A stretch of DNA of 64,000 nt from Callorhinchus milii. Taxonomy: Eukaryota. Location: assembly GCF_018977255.1 (NCBI RefSeq), contig NW_024704742.1, positions 54,500,001-54,564,000 on the forward strand, given 5' to 3'. This document shows positions 24,690-37,769 of this stretch, piece after piece. Positions within the stretch are counted from its first letter, which is position 1. Each line of letters starts with the position of its first letter. A model generated the notes under the pieces. The model ran no database searches and had not been told where the DNA came from. It worked only from the letters and a program-made list of their open reading frames with translations. The position numbers and the translations under genes are program-made.

Positions 24690-25953
24690 AAGTCCTAGAA
24701 CACGTTGCTGCCAATCAACTTCGCGCACAACTCTCCTCCCATTCCCTCTTTGAACCCCTCCCATCCGGTTTCCGCCCTTCCCACAAACTGCGCTTGTGAA
24801 AATCACAAACAACATCCTCTCTATCTGTGACCAGGGCTCCCTCTGCCTCCTTGTCCTCCTGGACCTCTCCTCCGTGTTCGACACAGTCGATCAGGCCATC
24901 CTCCTCCACCGCCTTTCCTCCGTCATCCACCTCAGTGGGACCGCACTCGCCTGGTTCGAGTCCTACCTCACAAACCGCCAGCAGTACATCTGCACAAACG
25001 GCTTCTCCTCCCACTCATGTACACGGATGACACCCAACTCTATTTTTCCACCTCTCTTTGCGACCCCCAGTCCCTTGATGTTCTGTCAGCCTGCCTGTCA
25101 GACCTCAGGGGCTGGATGAGCGCAAATTTCCTTCAGCTGAACGTTGACAAGACGGAAGGTATACTCTTTGGCTCTCATCAACGTCTAAAATCTCACGGCT
25201 ATCACCTCCTCCACCTACCCGAACTATCCCTAAAACTCTCCGAACCCATATGCAACCTAGGCGTCAGGTTCGACCCCCAATTATCCTTCCCCCCCCACAT
25301 CCGGTCCCTCACCAGCACCGCCTTCTTCCACCTCCAACACATCGCCCGTCTCCACCAATACCTCTCTCCAAAAACCGCTGAAACCCTTTGTCACCTCTCG
25401 GCTGAACTATTCTAACTCCCTCCTCGCTGGTCTCCCATCCACTACCATCCATAAAATCCAGATCATTCAAAACTCTGTCGCCCGCATTCTCACCTGCACG
25501 AAACTCTGCTCCCCGATCACCCCATTCCTTGCCAGACTGCACTGGCTGCCTGTCCCAGAGAGGATCGACTTCAAGATCCTCACTCTTGTATTCAAATCCC
25601 TCCACTCTTCTGCACCCCCTACCTCTTGACCTTCTCTCTCCTCAAAACAGTACCCGTTGCCTTCGCTCCTCCAGGTCTGGCCTCCTCCTCGTCCCCCGAG
25701 TCCTCCACTCCACCCTGGGCAGCCGTGCCTTCAGCCACTATGCCCCGAGGCTCTGGAATTCCCTTCCTCACTCCTTTCGCCTCGCTCCCTCTCTTCCTAT
25801 TTTCAGGTCTTGGCTGAAGACCTTTCTTTTCGACTGCGCCTTTGGTCACCTTCCTCTCCCTCCCCCTGGCTCGACCCCGGGATCCGTTACTGTGAAGTCC
25901 TCTGAGACTCCGTCCAACGTGGAGGGCGCTATATAAATCCAATTTGTTGTTGT
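24690..25953 (+). mobile_element. L2 3' portion, same subfamily as 5989-9566, internal deletion near 25015
   Basis: CDQGSLCLLVLLDLS, YTDDTQLY, tail gagggcgctatataaatccaatttgttgttg. Confidence 0.93.
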
Positions 25954-26124
25954 ATCTCTCCTTTATTTAGACCTATAATAATAACTTGCACAACAAAGCT
26001 TCATTTAATAAAACTATACTTTTGTAATGTACTTACACATATTTGTATAATGCATATGATATTGGGATCTAATATGTGGTGATATTAAGGAAATTCTTTA
26101 ATTAACCACAACAAAAAATGTCTA

Positions 26125-26485
26125 ATAATAATCATCCTTGCATTTGATATACACATTATCACATCTTCTAGACGTCGCAAAGTGCTTCACAGAATATACT
26201 GTAAAGTGAATTGACTGTATATTTTTGTGGGAGAAACGCGGCAGGCAATTACGCACAGCAGTGACCCACAAACAGTCGTGGATTGAGTGACCAAATTAAT
26301 ATTATAAATTTACAGCCCGAAAAAGCGATCCACCAATCAGCTAACAACTGAGTTCCTATTTATTGCTAGGTAAACAGAGGTGTGTGAAATAAGGAAATTG
26401 TCCAACGTTTTGCCCTGCCCAGGAATTGAACCCAGGGCCTCTTGCTAGCGAGGCAAGTGCCCTAACCTCTAAGCTACAGGATTCC
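26125..26485 (-). mobile_element. Young SINE, long variant
   Basis: Complete tail-to-head match. Confidence 0.9.
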
Positions 26486-26740
26486 ACTTATATAGCACCT
26501 TACACATCAAGAGGATGTCCCAAGGAGCTGGGCAATGAGAGTTTTACACCCAAGCTGTGGGTTGGGATCAGAGAGGGCAAATGGGGAAGGAGAGAAGGTA
26601 AACAAAGGCACCATTCAAAAGAAAGGTCTTGAGATGGGCTTTGAAGGGAGCAAGATGGAAGGGCTCTGGGATGGAGTTCCAAAGGGTGTCGGCAGAAATA
26701 GTTCCACTGCCAACAGTGGAGCAGGCAGGGTTAGCAATCT
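26486..26740 (-). mobile_element. L2 3' fragment
   Basis: Translation LWNSIPEPFHLAPFKAHLKTFL. Confidence 0.75.
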
Positions 26741-29700
26741 TGTATTTATGCCTCCTAGTTTTAGTATACAACCAATTCTCCTATGCTTAGTTTACAAGTA
26801 ATTCTCAAACATTTAGATCCAACCACCACTAGGATTATAGATATCTAAAAGAGTCTATTAAGTATTAAACATTTGCAAAACATCCTAATTAACACCAGAG
26901 ATAAGTTTTGACATGAATATTAGTTTCGCTATTTGTTCTGCAGAAACAGATAAATGACTTGTTTCTTTTTCCTAGAAATATAAAATACTTAAAGATATGT
27001 CAGTGATATCAACTTTGCAGTTAAATTCTAAAGTAATTTTCAAATCATTCAGTCATTAGCAAGATATAATTCACTTATTCAGAAGATGGGTGTTTAGTTT
27101 TTCCTATATTCGCCTCTTCATGTAGCATGCAGAATGTGTCTAAAATCTTTTCCATGTTAATATGCTTTGCTAGCTGACACTGACTGCATATTTGTTTCTC
27201 CCTGGGTGATATTTATGTTTGTGATTCGAGACTTACATCCATCATTCATGATATTTCTTGCCGTTTCCATCTGTTTTCAATGAAGGCAGATGAAGTATTT
27301 GTCCAAATACCAATTGATCCAGGAGTTTCACTTCTACTCATCCAACTTTGCACTTGGAGAATGTGTTAAATTTTGCACCCAGCAACGTCAAAGTCTGAAT
27401 CAATCCAAATATTCACCCCTTGTGCTTAAGTGTTTGCAATAAACGAGTTAATAAAAGGAAACTGAATCAAAATTACAATAAATCCGAAATACATAAATTC
27501 ATTCATAAACAATTCTACACGTTGAATTTTAAACCCAGATGTAGTTATAAATGCTTAAATCATTGAATCATCTGTAATTTAACCAGCTATGAAAATTGAG
27601 TATGCAATGGAATTCTAAACTCAACTAATGTAATTCATATTGTTTGGTGTATCATTTGATATTTTATTTCTAGCTTCTTCCCTTGGTAGATTAGACACAG
27701 CATACATACTAAAGACCATTCAAATACAAAGGCATTAAACTGCAAGGCCATGAAGGTCTCTGTGACAAGGCACTTATGACTTTTTTTCTTTGATGAGACT
27801 AACTTGAATGTGCTTTCTTCTCCAAGTTATTCAGCGGGGCATTACCTGCTAAATGAAATGAATCAGTGTCTATATTCTTGAAGTGAGATGAGGTGGTTGG
27901 ATTGATGAAGTGTCGGAAAGAAGAATGATGGAAAAAGGTAGAAAGACAACATAGTGAAAGTGGCAATCTCTGATATTTGGTCAAGGATTCAATCTTGGTC
28001 ACAAAAACAGGAACTGCATATTTACAGGAAAAAAACTGAAAGATTTGTGGACACAAATGAACTGACATCTATAGTAAGAGCTTTACAGTGCATAAAAAAA
28101 TGCTGTGTTGCCTCTGAGACTCAGATTGATATCAAATACGGGGAGAAAAATTATGATTTCCACGTTATTGATGACTCTTAAAGATTCTAATGAGTTCAGA
28201 TAGTCTTGAATTAGTTCCCAGAGGATACTGAGTTCACAGCATAAACCTTTTCACTGGTACAGCAGCTTGTGTCTATCCTATTTGAATAATATTAACAATT
28301 CCTAATGCTACGATAGAGGCAACTGTTCTTGATAATATGTGTGAGGCTCATTTAACTACTGTTATGTCTGAAGTTGCACAAATATTACTAGGTTGAAAAT
28401 GCGTTTAAAGTGTTCTCAGCACTGTCAACCTTCACCTTGCCTTGATTCTACCCCCAAGTCAACTAAAATTCCAGCTGCTTTCACAATTGAGCATCTGAGT
28501 TCTATTAGAAGCACTGGAAAACCCAAAGGAGGAACAGTGAAAATTGAAATGAACAAAGCATTCGTGCATCCATGTTTATGGCATTGGTAAATACATTTTA
28601 TACAATTTAAAATAGATAGCTCAAGTGAGAGAGTTAGCCCCAGCACATGCAAGATGGGCCAAATAGCCTCCTTTTGCCCTATAAATATTCTGTGATCCTA
28701 TGATATATGAAACTACTCTATTGCTTTTGACAGCCTCTTAAAATCACTGGAGCCTTTCATCTCTATTGTGAAATCCAAGCATAATCGACTAACTTGCAAA
28801 CCTGCATTATACCATTTGCCTATAAGACACACACTTTGAATTTCACAGCATAGAAATCGCTATAAAGCTTGTGACTGGAACAAGTGGAGCTAATTGATTA
28901 TTTGGCTTTAGTGAGATGTGAGGATAAATGTGGACTTTCATGTTCCTTTAACAAGTTCTTCTAACAAGCATAAAAGCAGATTTTGTAAAATTAAAAATCC
29001 ACGTGTTTCCAGCCAGCTGCAAATCTTAAATCCAGGTTTGTGAAATGTATGTAGCTGATCCTATGGGTAATAATAATAATAAACCTTGCATTTGATATAG
29101 CGCTTTTCACGTCTTCTAGACTGCTTTTGTAACGTCAGTGCAAAGTGTAAAGAGCAGGTCAGCAGTTTCCTTCTGTCCAGGTCCTAACACAGCCGTTTAA
29201 GCCCCTACTTACCTGCCCGTACCCTCCGTTTAAGTGTTTAAGCCCCACAAAGTTTTTAAACATTCAGATGCTTTATGGTTTTTGGCACCAATCTGCACCC
29301 TCCTCCAATTGGCGCTCCTCAAAAATATATATTTTATATGACAATCACCACCCCATTCAGGGAGCCACTCTGCCACAGATATAGAGAATCTATTGCACTC
29401 ATCTGCCAAGACTGGTAAACCTATTGTAGATCTCAAAACCCTCCCCTTTAAATTCAGGTAATTTGATTTGTAACATTTATTGCTTTATTAAATATATGTT
29501 TTTAAAATTATTGCTGTTCATCTCTTTAAGCTAACTAAATATGATGATATGCTTCCTGCTGTCTCAGAGTGAATCACTGTGTTGACCTTCATTTCTAAAG
29601 TTATTGCTTCAGGAGTTCACATTATCAACTTGTGGTTGCCATCTAATTTCTATTATGTTCCCTCTCCCAAACACTGCCTTTTCAAAAATATCACTTCTGA

Positions 29701-29769
29701 AATAATTTGTGTCAGCCTGGCTCACTCGGATGAGATGTTAAACTTAGGTTCCATCTGCCTGATCTGTAG

Positions 29770-30362
29770 ATCCCAGAGAGTTGAGAGGGGAGCTGAAGGC
29801 ACGGTTGAAGAGAAAGGTCTTGAGACCGGCCTTGAAGGAGGAAAGGGAGGAAGTAAGGTGAAGGCACTGGGGGATGGAGTTCGAGAACCTAGGGGCTGAA
29901 AGGCTGAAAGCCCGGCCACTGATGGTAGGAGAGCTAGAGCGGGGGGTGTGGAGCAGACCGGAGCCAGAGGAACGGAGGGTACGGGCAGGTAAGTAGGGGC
30001 ATAGTAGGGCGGAGAGGTAGGAGGGAGCAAAGCCGTGAATGGCCTTGTAAGTGAGGATGAGGATCTTAAATTCGATCCTCTGGGGGATGGGGAGCCAGTG
30101 GAGGCGAGCGAGGGTGGGAGTGATGTGGTCCCGAAGCCTGGTGCGGGACAGTACACGAGCTGCAGAGTTCTGAATGACCTGCAGCTTATGGAGGGAAGTG
30201 CCGGGAAGGCCGGCGAGGAGAGAGTTCCCATAGTCCAGCCTTGAGGTGATAAAGGCGTGGACCAGAGTTTCAGCAGCGTGAGGGGTGAGGTAGTGCCGTA
30301 GTCTGGCGATGTTCCGAAGGTGGTGGAAGGCGGTGCCAGTTGTGGCGTGGATGTGGGGAAGA
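29770..30362 (-). mobile_element. L2 ORF2 C-terminal fragment, 3' tail absent
   Basis: [37 protein letters not shown]. Confidence 0.93.
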
Positions 30363-30453
30363 AGAAACTTGCCCAAGGTGTTGCCCTGCCTGGAACTGAA
30401 TCCAGGTGTCTCGCTTGCAAGGCGAGTGCCCTAACCACTGAGCTACAGGACTT
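30363..30453 (-). mobile_element. Young SINE tRNA head joined directly to the L2 fragment
   Basis: gtcctgtagctcagtggttagggcactcgccttgcaagcgaga...ccttgggcaagtttc runs straight into L2 sequence. Confidence 0.9.
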
Positions 30454-31089
30454 CCTGTCTGCAAAATACACGGTCACTACACGTCACAGTATATCTTATG
30501 AAGCACTTTGAGATGTCCTTACAGAATTAAAGGCACAATATTAAATGCATGGATTATTTTTTGTTAAAGGAAAACATTAAATTGATCATCATAAGGTGTT
30601 ATAAATACTTTAGTTAATTGCTTAACTGGCAAGTTCTTTTAAAAAAAAAATGTGGCTGATTGATTCAAATAGAAATTAGACCAAGTCAAGTCAACTGCCA
30701 CATCAAAATCATAACAAACCCTGAAGATTCTATATCAGTAGATTACCGATGGAAGTACAGAAATTTTATTCAACTCTGAAATGGTCAAGCAATCCTCTAT
30801 GTTCTTATTACATTTTAGTGGGCACTGGAAGGAAAAGACTGCAATCCGATAAAAAGAAAATGCTTCATCATATTTGAAGAACAGACTAATATGGAAATTC
30901 TTTGATCTTCAGAAATTCATGAATTTCAAGTAGCAGGAGCAGCAGACTCACACAAACCAAAAATATTGATAAAGGTTTTCAAAGAGAAAGTGACATGAAG
31001 TCCTTGACATGCAAACGCAACCTTGGAAGCGTTGAGCAGACTATCTTTAGTCCTTAATTGCTGTGATGGTAAAAAATTAGTGTGAGACA

Positions 31090-31308
31090 CTCATTCTCTC
31101 ATCTATTTTGCCTTGCTGCCTCCCTTGCCTCCTTCAAGGCCCGTCTCAAGTCCCTCCTCCTCCACCATGCCTCTTCGGTCACCCTCTTACCTCTACCTTC
31201 CTGCCCTCCACTCCTCCTGATCCCAATCGGGTCCAAATTCTTGAGCGTCCAGTGCCTTGGAACGTTCTCACGACATGAAAGGCACTATACAATTGTAATT
31301 TGTTTGTT
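31090..31308 (+). mobile_element. L2 3' end fragment
   Basis: tccttcaaggcccgtctcaag...gtgccttggaacgttctcacgacatgaaaggcactata. Confidence 0.8.
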
Positions 31309-31444
31309 TATTTTCCCAATGTCCTCTTCTGCCAATGATGTTTCTTTTTTCTGACTACTAGATGTGGTTCCATCGAGACCAGTTGCCCCATGATCTTCGC
31401 TCAGTGATGATTATTCTCATGCAAGCTATCATAGGCAAGTTGAC

Positions 31445-31650
31445 TATAGGAGACATCACAACCACCCTGATCCTTAACCAATGTCCATGCCAATTCTTTC
31501 AGCAAAAACTCTGGTGTGTGTTTACTTCCCAGTCCAGGGCCACTGAGCCAAATTGTGGCAACACAACTGGAGTTTCAGCTGAGATCAGCTGGTTCAGCAC
31601 AGACTAGGATCTAAATTGACACTTTCCTAGTCTCTATGACTCGTAACTGA
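31445..31650 (-). mobile_element. AmnSINE2-like relic
   Basis: gctgagatcagctggttcagcacagactagga; reverse complement matches 44245-44280. Confidence 0.6.
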
Positions 31651-33344
31651 GAAACTTTGCTAAAGTATTCAGGGTGCAAATTATAATTTTGTTAATTTTA
31701 CCAACTGCTTTACCAGCAATGAGGAGACACATAAAGACTTCACTCAGGTAAAGTATCATAAAGATCCAATTTACAGTTTTAAATGTGAACAGTCGATGAG
31801 TCAGCCTGCGGAGTGCAAAATTGTGAGATGCTTTAATAGAGTAGCAAAATTGTCTAAGTCAATTTTCAGATCAGATTAATTCAGTACTGGAGCAGCTGCA
31901 GCTCACTTTGGGAAGTCAATCAGCCCAGCACCAGCATTCAAAGGAGATGACAGATAGAGAAGTGCTCAGTTACAGGACTCCACAATATGAAAGGTGCTAC
32001 TTAGATGATATAGCACCTTATCACATCGTTGAGATGTCGCAAACGCTTCACAGAATATACTGTAAAGTGAATGGCCTGCATATTTCGGGGGTGAACCATA
32101 TATTTTGGCTTTAAATCCAAGATTATACAGAATTGTAGACCATTATTTAATCCAGTATTAATTTGAAAGTTGATTCTTTAATAAATTCAGGTGGAAATTC
32201 AGGTCCCAAATTAAAACTAGAACTAAGAATTTTCTACCATTTTGTGCGATCATTTATATTGTTTTCCAAATGTTTCCTTCAGCCAGAGACACTGAAATGC
32301 CCAATTTTAATGGATACTCCACAGTTATTATCCTCGGTACTCTTCTGGATGTAAAATACTATTTGATGTTGGGAAATGGCTACTGATATCATACAATGGA
32401 TTAAGTCAGCCATTCCAACTCTGCTGAGAGTTCTTCCACTTAAGATTTTGTGGAAGGTGAAGCAAATTAGTGTGACAGACTGTCTCTAGAGCTCTGAGTA
32501 AGGCTACAATACTCAGGGAAACGCAAAACAACAAAAAAGGTCAATATTTGCAACAGGATCTCTGCAGAACAAAGGTAGTTTAGCAGTAGCTAAACACAAC
32601 CACAATATGCACTTTCAACTACAAGATGAGCTATCTTTTTTCTACATATTAAAATATGAATGTCATGATTTTTGTAAAGTTATTGAAAAAAAACGTAATT
32701 TAGATCACAAAAAAGAGTCTCATCTAAAATAATAATGCATAACAGGATTTCTTGTTTGGTCTCTACAGAGGGTTGTTTGTCTCCAACATATTTTTTTAAA
32801 AGATAATTTTCTTCAATTATGATTTTTGGTGGTTGCGGACTTACTGAATGACACATTTATGCTCATAGAGTTTCTGCTGAAATGACAAGTGGATAATAAT
32901 TGGACACCAAAATAACGTGCACATAATAGTTTTCCTTCCGAGCTCTCACGATGTGGATCATTTACCTTTCTCAAATTGACAAAATTGCTGCTGCTGAGTG
33001 CAGTGAAAGGAAGCACAGAACAATGAGGAGCTTCATGAATCTATTCTGCTGCTGAGACCAGTCCCTGGGCCGTGCCCATCTCAGATTATTTTTAGCAGAC
33101 AACAAAAATGTTTTATTCCAACTCTGATGTGTTGTTTTCTCAGTCTAAAGTAGAGGAAAGAGTTTTACAGCACCTCGTACAGCTCACTCCATTTGTTCCT
33201 CCTCATCACTGCACTTGGTTTTTAAAAGAATTTCTTATGCCATTATATAATACATAGACATAATCACATTTTTTAGAGATTGGGATAAAGTTGTGATGTT
33301 CCTTAAATTGCGGCAGCAGAAACTATTGCCAATGAGGTGCAAGC

Positions 33345-33755
33345 TCACCCCTCTCGATCATCCCCTTGAGATCCTTCCAGGGAGAGAGAGAGTGTGCGCA
33401 TTTTAATAATCCCTCCAAAAAACAAAAACAATAATAAATTGGTCATTTCAATCCACGACTGTTTGTGGGACACTGCTGTGTGCAATTGGTTGCCGCGTTT
33501 CACCCACAAATATACAGACAATTCACTTTACAGTCTATTCTGTGAAGCGCTTTGAGACATCGAGAAGATGTGAAAAGTGCTATATCAAATACAAGGATTA
33601 TTATTATTATTCTATTCCAGACACATGGAAATTTTCATGTGTAAATGGCATACGTATGTGGAACTCGCAGTCTGGTTTAAATACTGTTAAGGATGGTAAT
33701 GGGGTTCCACATGTGTAAAATACTGCCCAGCTGATCAAAAACAAAGGGTTGCAAT
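33345..33755. repeat. Family X copy interrupted by a 5'-truncated young SINE (about 33405-33611, plus strand)
   Basis: ccagggagagagagtgtgcgcatt, then SINE, then ctattccagacacatggaaattttcatgtg. Confidence 0.75.
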
Positions 33756-33968
33756 GTTTGCCATTTGTTGTGAATCCAAGATGAGCAATAGTATAAATTT
33801 TAGGTCCTACATCAGGATCTAAGTTTTTTTTTATATGGAATACTTTTTTTCTGTGTTGATCTGCTGAGTTGAGATAGGTGAAATTGGTGCTCTCTACTGC
33901 CCAAAATCATTTTTTTACCAGTTGTTCTGAAGGTCTTTTAATAAAAAGTATTCCCATGGGCTTCAATT

Positions 33969-35358
33969 GTTAGCAAAATTGAAGCCCATGGGATTAAAAG
34001 GACAGAGGGGAGCGTTGAACAGTTATTTTTTCAGATATAGGCAGGTATACAGTGGTGTCCCCCAAGAATCAGTATAGTTCCACTCCTCTTTTTGATATAT
34101 AAATGACTTAGGCTTGGGTATAGAGAGCAAAATGTTAAACTTTGCAGATGACCCAAAATTTGGGAACTTCGTAAACAGTGAGGAGGATGGTAGCAGACTG
34201 CAGGAGGACATAGACAGGCTGATGGAATGGGCAAACACATGGCAGATGAAATTTAAAGCAGAAGTGTAAAATGATGCATTTTGGGAGGAGAAATGAGGAG
34301 CGGCAATATACAATAAACGGTACGATTTGAAGAGGGTACAGGAACAGAGAGGCTGGGGATTCACATACACAAATATTTGAAGGTGGCAGGACAAGTTGAT
34401 AAAGCCGTTTAAAAAGCATATGGGATTCCTGGCTTTATAAATAGAAGCATAGAGTACAAAAGCAATGAAGTTCTGTTAAACCTTTATAAATCACTGGTTA
34501 GGCCTCAGCTGGAGTATTGTATCCAATTCTGGGCACCACATTTTAGGAGAACGTCAAGGCATGAAGAGGGAGCAAAGGAGATTTACTAGAATGGTACCAG
34601 GGATGAGGGATTTCAGTTATGTAGAGAGAATAGAAAAGCTGGGATTGTCCTCCTTAGAGCAGAGAAGGAAAAGGGGAGATTTAATAGAGGGGTTCAAAAT
34701 TATGAGGGGTTTTAATAGAGTAAATAAGAAAAAAATCCACTGGCAGCTGGGTCACTCACTGGAGGATACCGATTTAAGATAATTGACAACAGTACCAGAG
34801 GGGAGAGAAGTTTAATTATTTTACACAGCGAGTTGTTACAGTCTGGAATGCACTGCCTGAAAAGGTAGAGGAAGCAACATTAACAACAACAACAAATTAC
34901 ATTTGTAAAGTGTCTCTGGAGAATGTCCCAATGCACTGGACAATCAGGGATTTGGACCCGAGCAGAGGGCTGGGATTAGAAGGGTTGGAGTTTTGGGAGG
35001 GCAAGGGTAGGAGGGTGGCCAAATGTGCAGTCGAAGAGGTGGGTTTTGAGACATTCCTTGAAGGAGGCAAGGGAGGGAACAAGACAAAAGGACTGGGGAT
35101 GGAGATCCAAAAGGTAGGGCCAGAGAGGCTGACGTGAATGGTGGGGCAGGCCAAGCGGAGGTGTGGAGTAAGCCAGAGTGGAGGAAATGGACAGGTCAAT
35201 GATACTTTTCAAAAGGGAATTGGATATATATTTGAAAAGAAAAAATTGCAACACTACAGGAAAAGATCGGCGGAGTGGGACAAGTTGGATAGCTCTTTCA
35301 AAGAGCCGACACAATGGATCGAATGGCCTCTTTCTGTGCTGTAGGATTCTATTATTCA
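33969..35358 (+). mobile_element. CR1 3' portion interrupted by an antisense L2 tail (about 34875-35175)
   Basis: RT remnants (SGVPQES, FADDPK), FTRMVPGMRDFSY, RGDLIE; CR1 3' UTR resumes at about 35180. Confidence 0.9.
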
Positions 35359-35714
35359 AATGTTCAATTTGTGATTTTTCACTTTTATCATGCCTTAAAT
35401 CATTTATCCACAAAACCAATAGTCACTCTATTAAAAGCACTACTGCATAAGAAATGCAGATTACTATTATATGATATACACATATTGATTATTCATTCAA
35501 ATCAGTTCTAATGTCCCACATAACAATATATTTTTATAAGAAAATCATAATATTTAAGGTGACCCCTTTTGAAAGAATGACCAGAAAGGTCTCTCCTTCC
35601 TAATGTTATTCTTCAAGTACTAATAAGTAAGAATGGATGAGCAGGACTATTTTTAGTTAACTGGTTTAGTTTCTTTTATCTAGAGTTAACGATTGAGCAG
35701 ATATCAAGGTTTCT

Positions 35715-36010
35715 TGTTATAATCAATTCAAAAGGAGATCAACCCATCACAGTACAACTTAGCAAAGGTTTATATATGCAACCACGATAATAAAGAGAGG
35801 TTTAGATATGTAAACACACATTCACCGATAGTTATAAATGTATACACACACACAAGATCACAAGAGACCAACAGTGACTATTCCTCCTTAGAATGGGCAG
35901 TAAGCAGAATCTACGTTGGGGATAATCTAGCTCAAGTATGATGTGCTTGGCAATGGAACACTGGAATTGAGTTGATCCTCTGTGGAAGTCTTAGTGCAAT
36001 TCTAAACCAT
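35715..36010 (-). mobile_element. Possible LTR fragment
   Basis: Begins TGTTA and has a layout like the starts of the two solo LTRs; no matching end or TSD found. Confidence 0.3.
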
Positions 36011-36164
36011 AAAGAACTGCGGTGCTCCAAAGCACGATTAATCACAGACCAAACAGCAGCTCCTGTTAACGCTGAAAGCCAAAGCTCGAATGAGTAAGTA
36101 ATCCTAGTTGGACAGGCAGTGGAAAATTGACCAGATAGAGCTTGCAATGGGAAATTATGAGATT

Positions 36165-36400
36165 TTAGCTGGTTAAACTCCAGCAGTACCCCGATATATA
36201 CTTTTGAGTTCCCCAAGCCTTGGCTCCTGCCAACCTACACCTAATACTTTCCAGAATTAGCTAAACAGATTACATTCATCCAAGGAGAGAGTACACATTC
36301 CATTCCAGACATTTTCATGTTTAGATGGCATATATATATGGAACTCTCAGTCAGGCTTAGATACTCTTAAGCATGGCAACGGGTTTCTGTGTGTCAGGCA
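36165..36400. repeat. Family X copy
   Basis: ccccaagcc..cctgccaacctacacctaatactttccagaatt...gatactcttaagcat. Confidence 0.8.
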
Positions 36401-36796
36401 ATATTAAGTACAAGAATTATTATTAGTATTGCTATTTTTGGATCTTCATCAGCTGCAGTAATGCTCAAAATCTCAAATCATCATTTTTCAGCTTTCATTA
36501 CTCAGCTCCAGGTTTGGGGATAAATGCCATTTAGACAGGTTGAGGAGTTAATTACTCAGTTAATGACTTGATTTTTTAATGGAGTTTTTCATTGAAATGC
36601 AGTTTCCTTTTCCCATTAGATTGTTCTGGTTTCTATTCATTTTTTTCTTTTGTTATGAACTAATTTGTCTCTGTGTATTTATTGTTGAATAACTGATTTT
36701 GTTGTTAATCTGCACTTGTGTCTGTTATATATAGTTCATGTTCTGAGTAAACTATATATGAACTATATATAGTTCATGTTAGTTTCTCATTTCATA

Positions 36797-37317
36797 CAGT
36801 CAAGTCAAACCACGTCAAACCTGTTTTCAGCAACCAATCAGGGAACTGGAACAAAGTGGTCTTTATGTACGGGTGGCCTCTGAGTAAAGGTTCAATGGTT
36901 CGTTGACCGAGACTGAATTAAAAAAAAATCTGAGGTCCAAAAATTTCCGCAGGCCCTCACGTAGACTCCCACAAGAATCCTAGAACTTTTACCAACACTG
37001 CCTCACCAGTGAAGTGAGAAGCTGTGGGCATCGTGTGGGCTGATCAGCGCGACATTGGTAAATGTCCTAGGAGGAGTCTAAAAAGGGCACGTGGAAATTG
37101 GTGTACTGGTAAATACACTTAAATACACTTAGATTTGTCCACTGAAAAGAGATCTGTACATCAACAGGGCTAAAAATGAGTAAGCATTGGTTGCATTAAT
37201 CAGGTGGTTATTGAATAGAGGTGGTTTATTATGGAGAATCAGTCCAGGCTGTTCCAGGGTTGTTGTTGACAGCAGGTGGTTGCTGAATAGAGGTGATTGC
37301 CTTCACACATTTGTCTG
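36797..37317. mobile_element. Tc1/mariner-pogo (Tigger-like) MITE containing a nested foldback (36941-37099)
   Basis: TA|CAGTCAA...TTGTCTG|TA; repeated subterminal caggtggtt..tgaatagaggtg motifs. Confidence 0.7.
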
Positions 37318-37769
37318 TAATTTGAGTCCGTTTAGATTTTTTCTACTTGAAGCAAGTACAGAGTGGAATCCTTTATTTCTCTTTCACTCTTTTGCTATTC
37401 CCAAGCATAGAGGCTTTGCTCTTTTTTTGTATTACTAAAATGTGCTGCTCCTCAGGATGAAGCATCTCACTGCTGCAAAATGGAAAACTTTCTTCATTTT
37501 GTGTCAGCAACAAGCACTGCAGAAACAAGAGTAACATGCATAAAATGCTAGATGCAGATTCTGTTGCATTGCCTGAACAATGCTGTCACACAGAAGTCCC
37601 CTGTAAAAGTGTACAGAGGTACATACATTGATACGGCAAAGAAAAAGGCCATTCAGCCCAACTCGTCAATGTCAGTGTTTATAATACCCACAAGCCCACC
37701 CCTCTAACCTCTAAAACATGTTGTGGATTCAAGTCCCACATCAAGATTTGGAATTCATATAGTTTGCAA

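Noticed and set aside
27237..27394. Minus-strand coding exon (cag...gtaagt)
   Set aside because: Stops in all three frames; a non-coding exon cannot be supported from sequence alone
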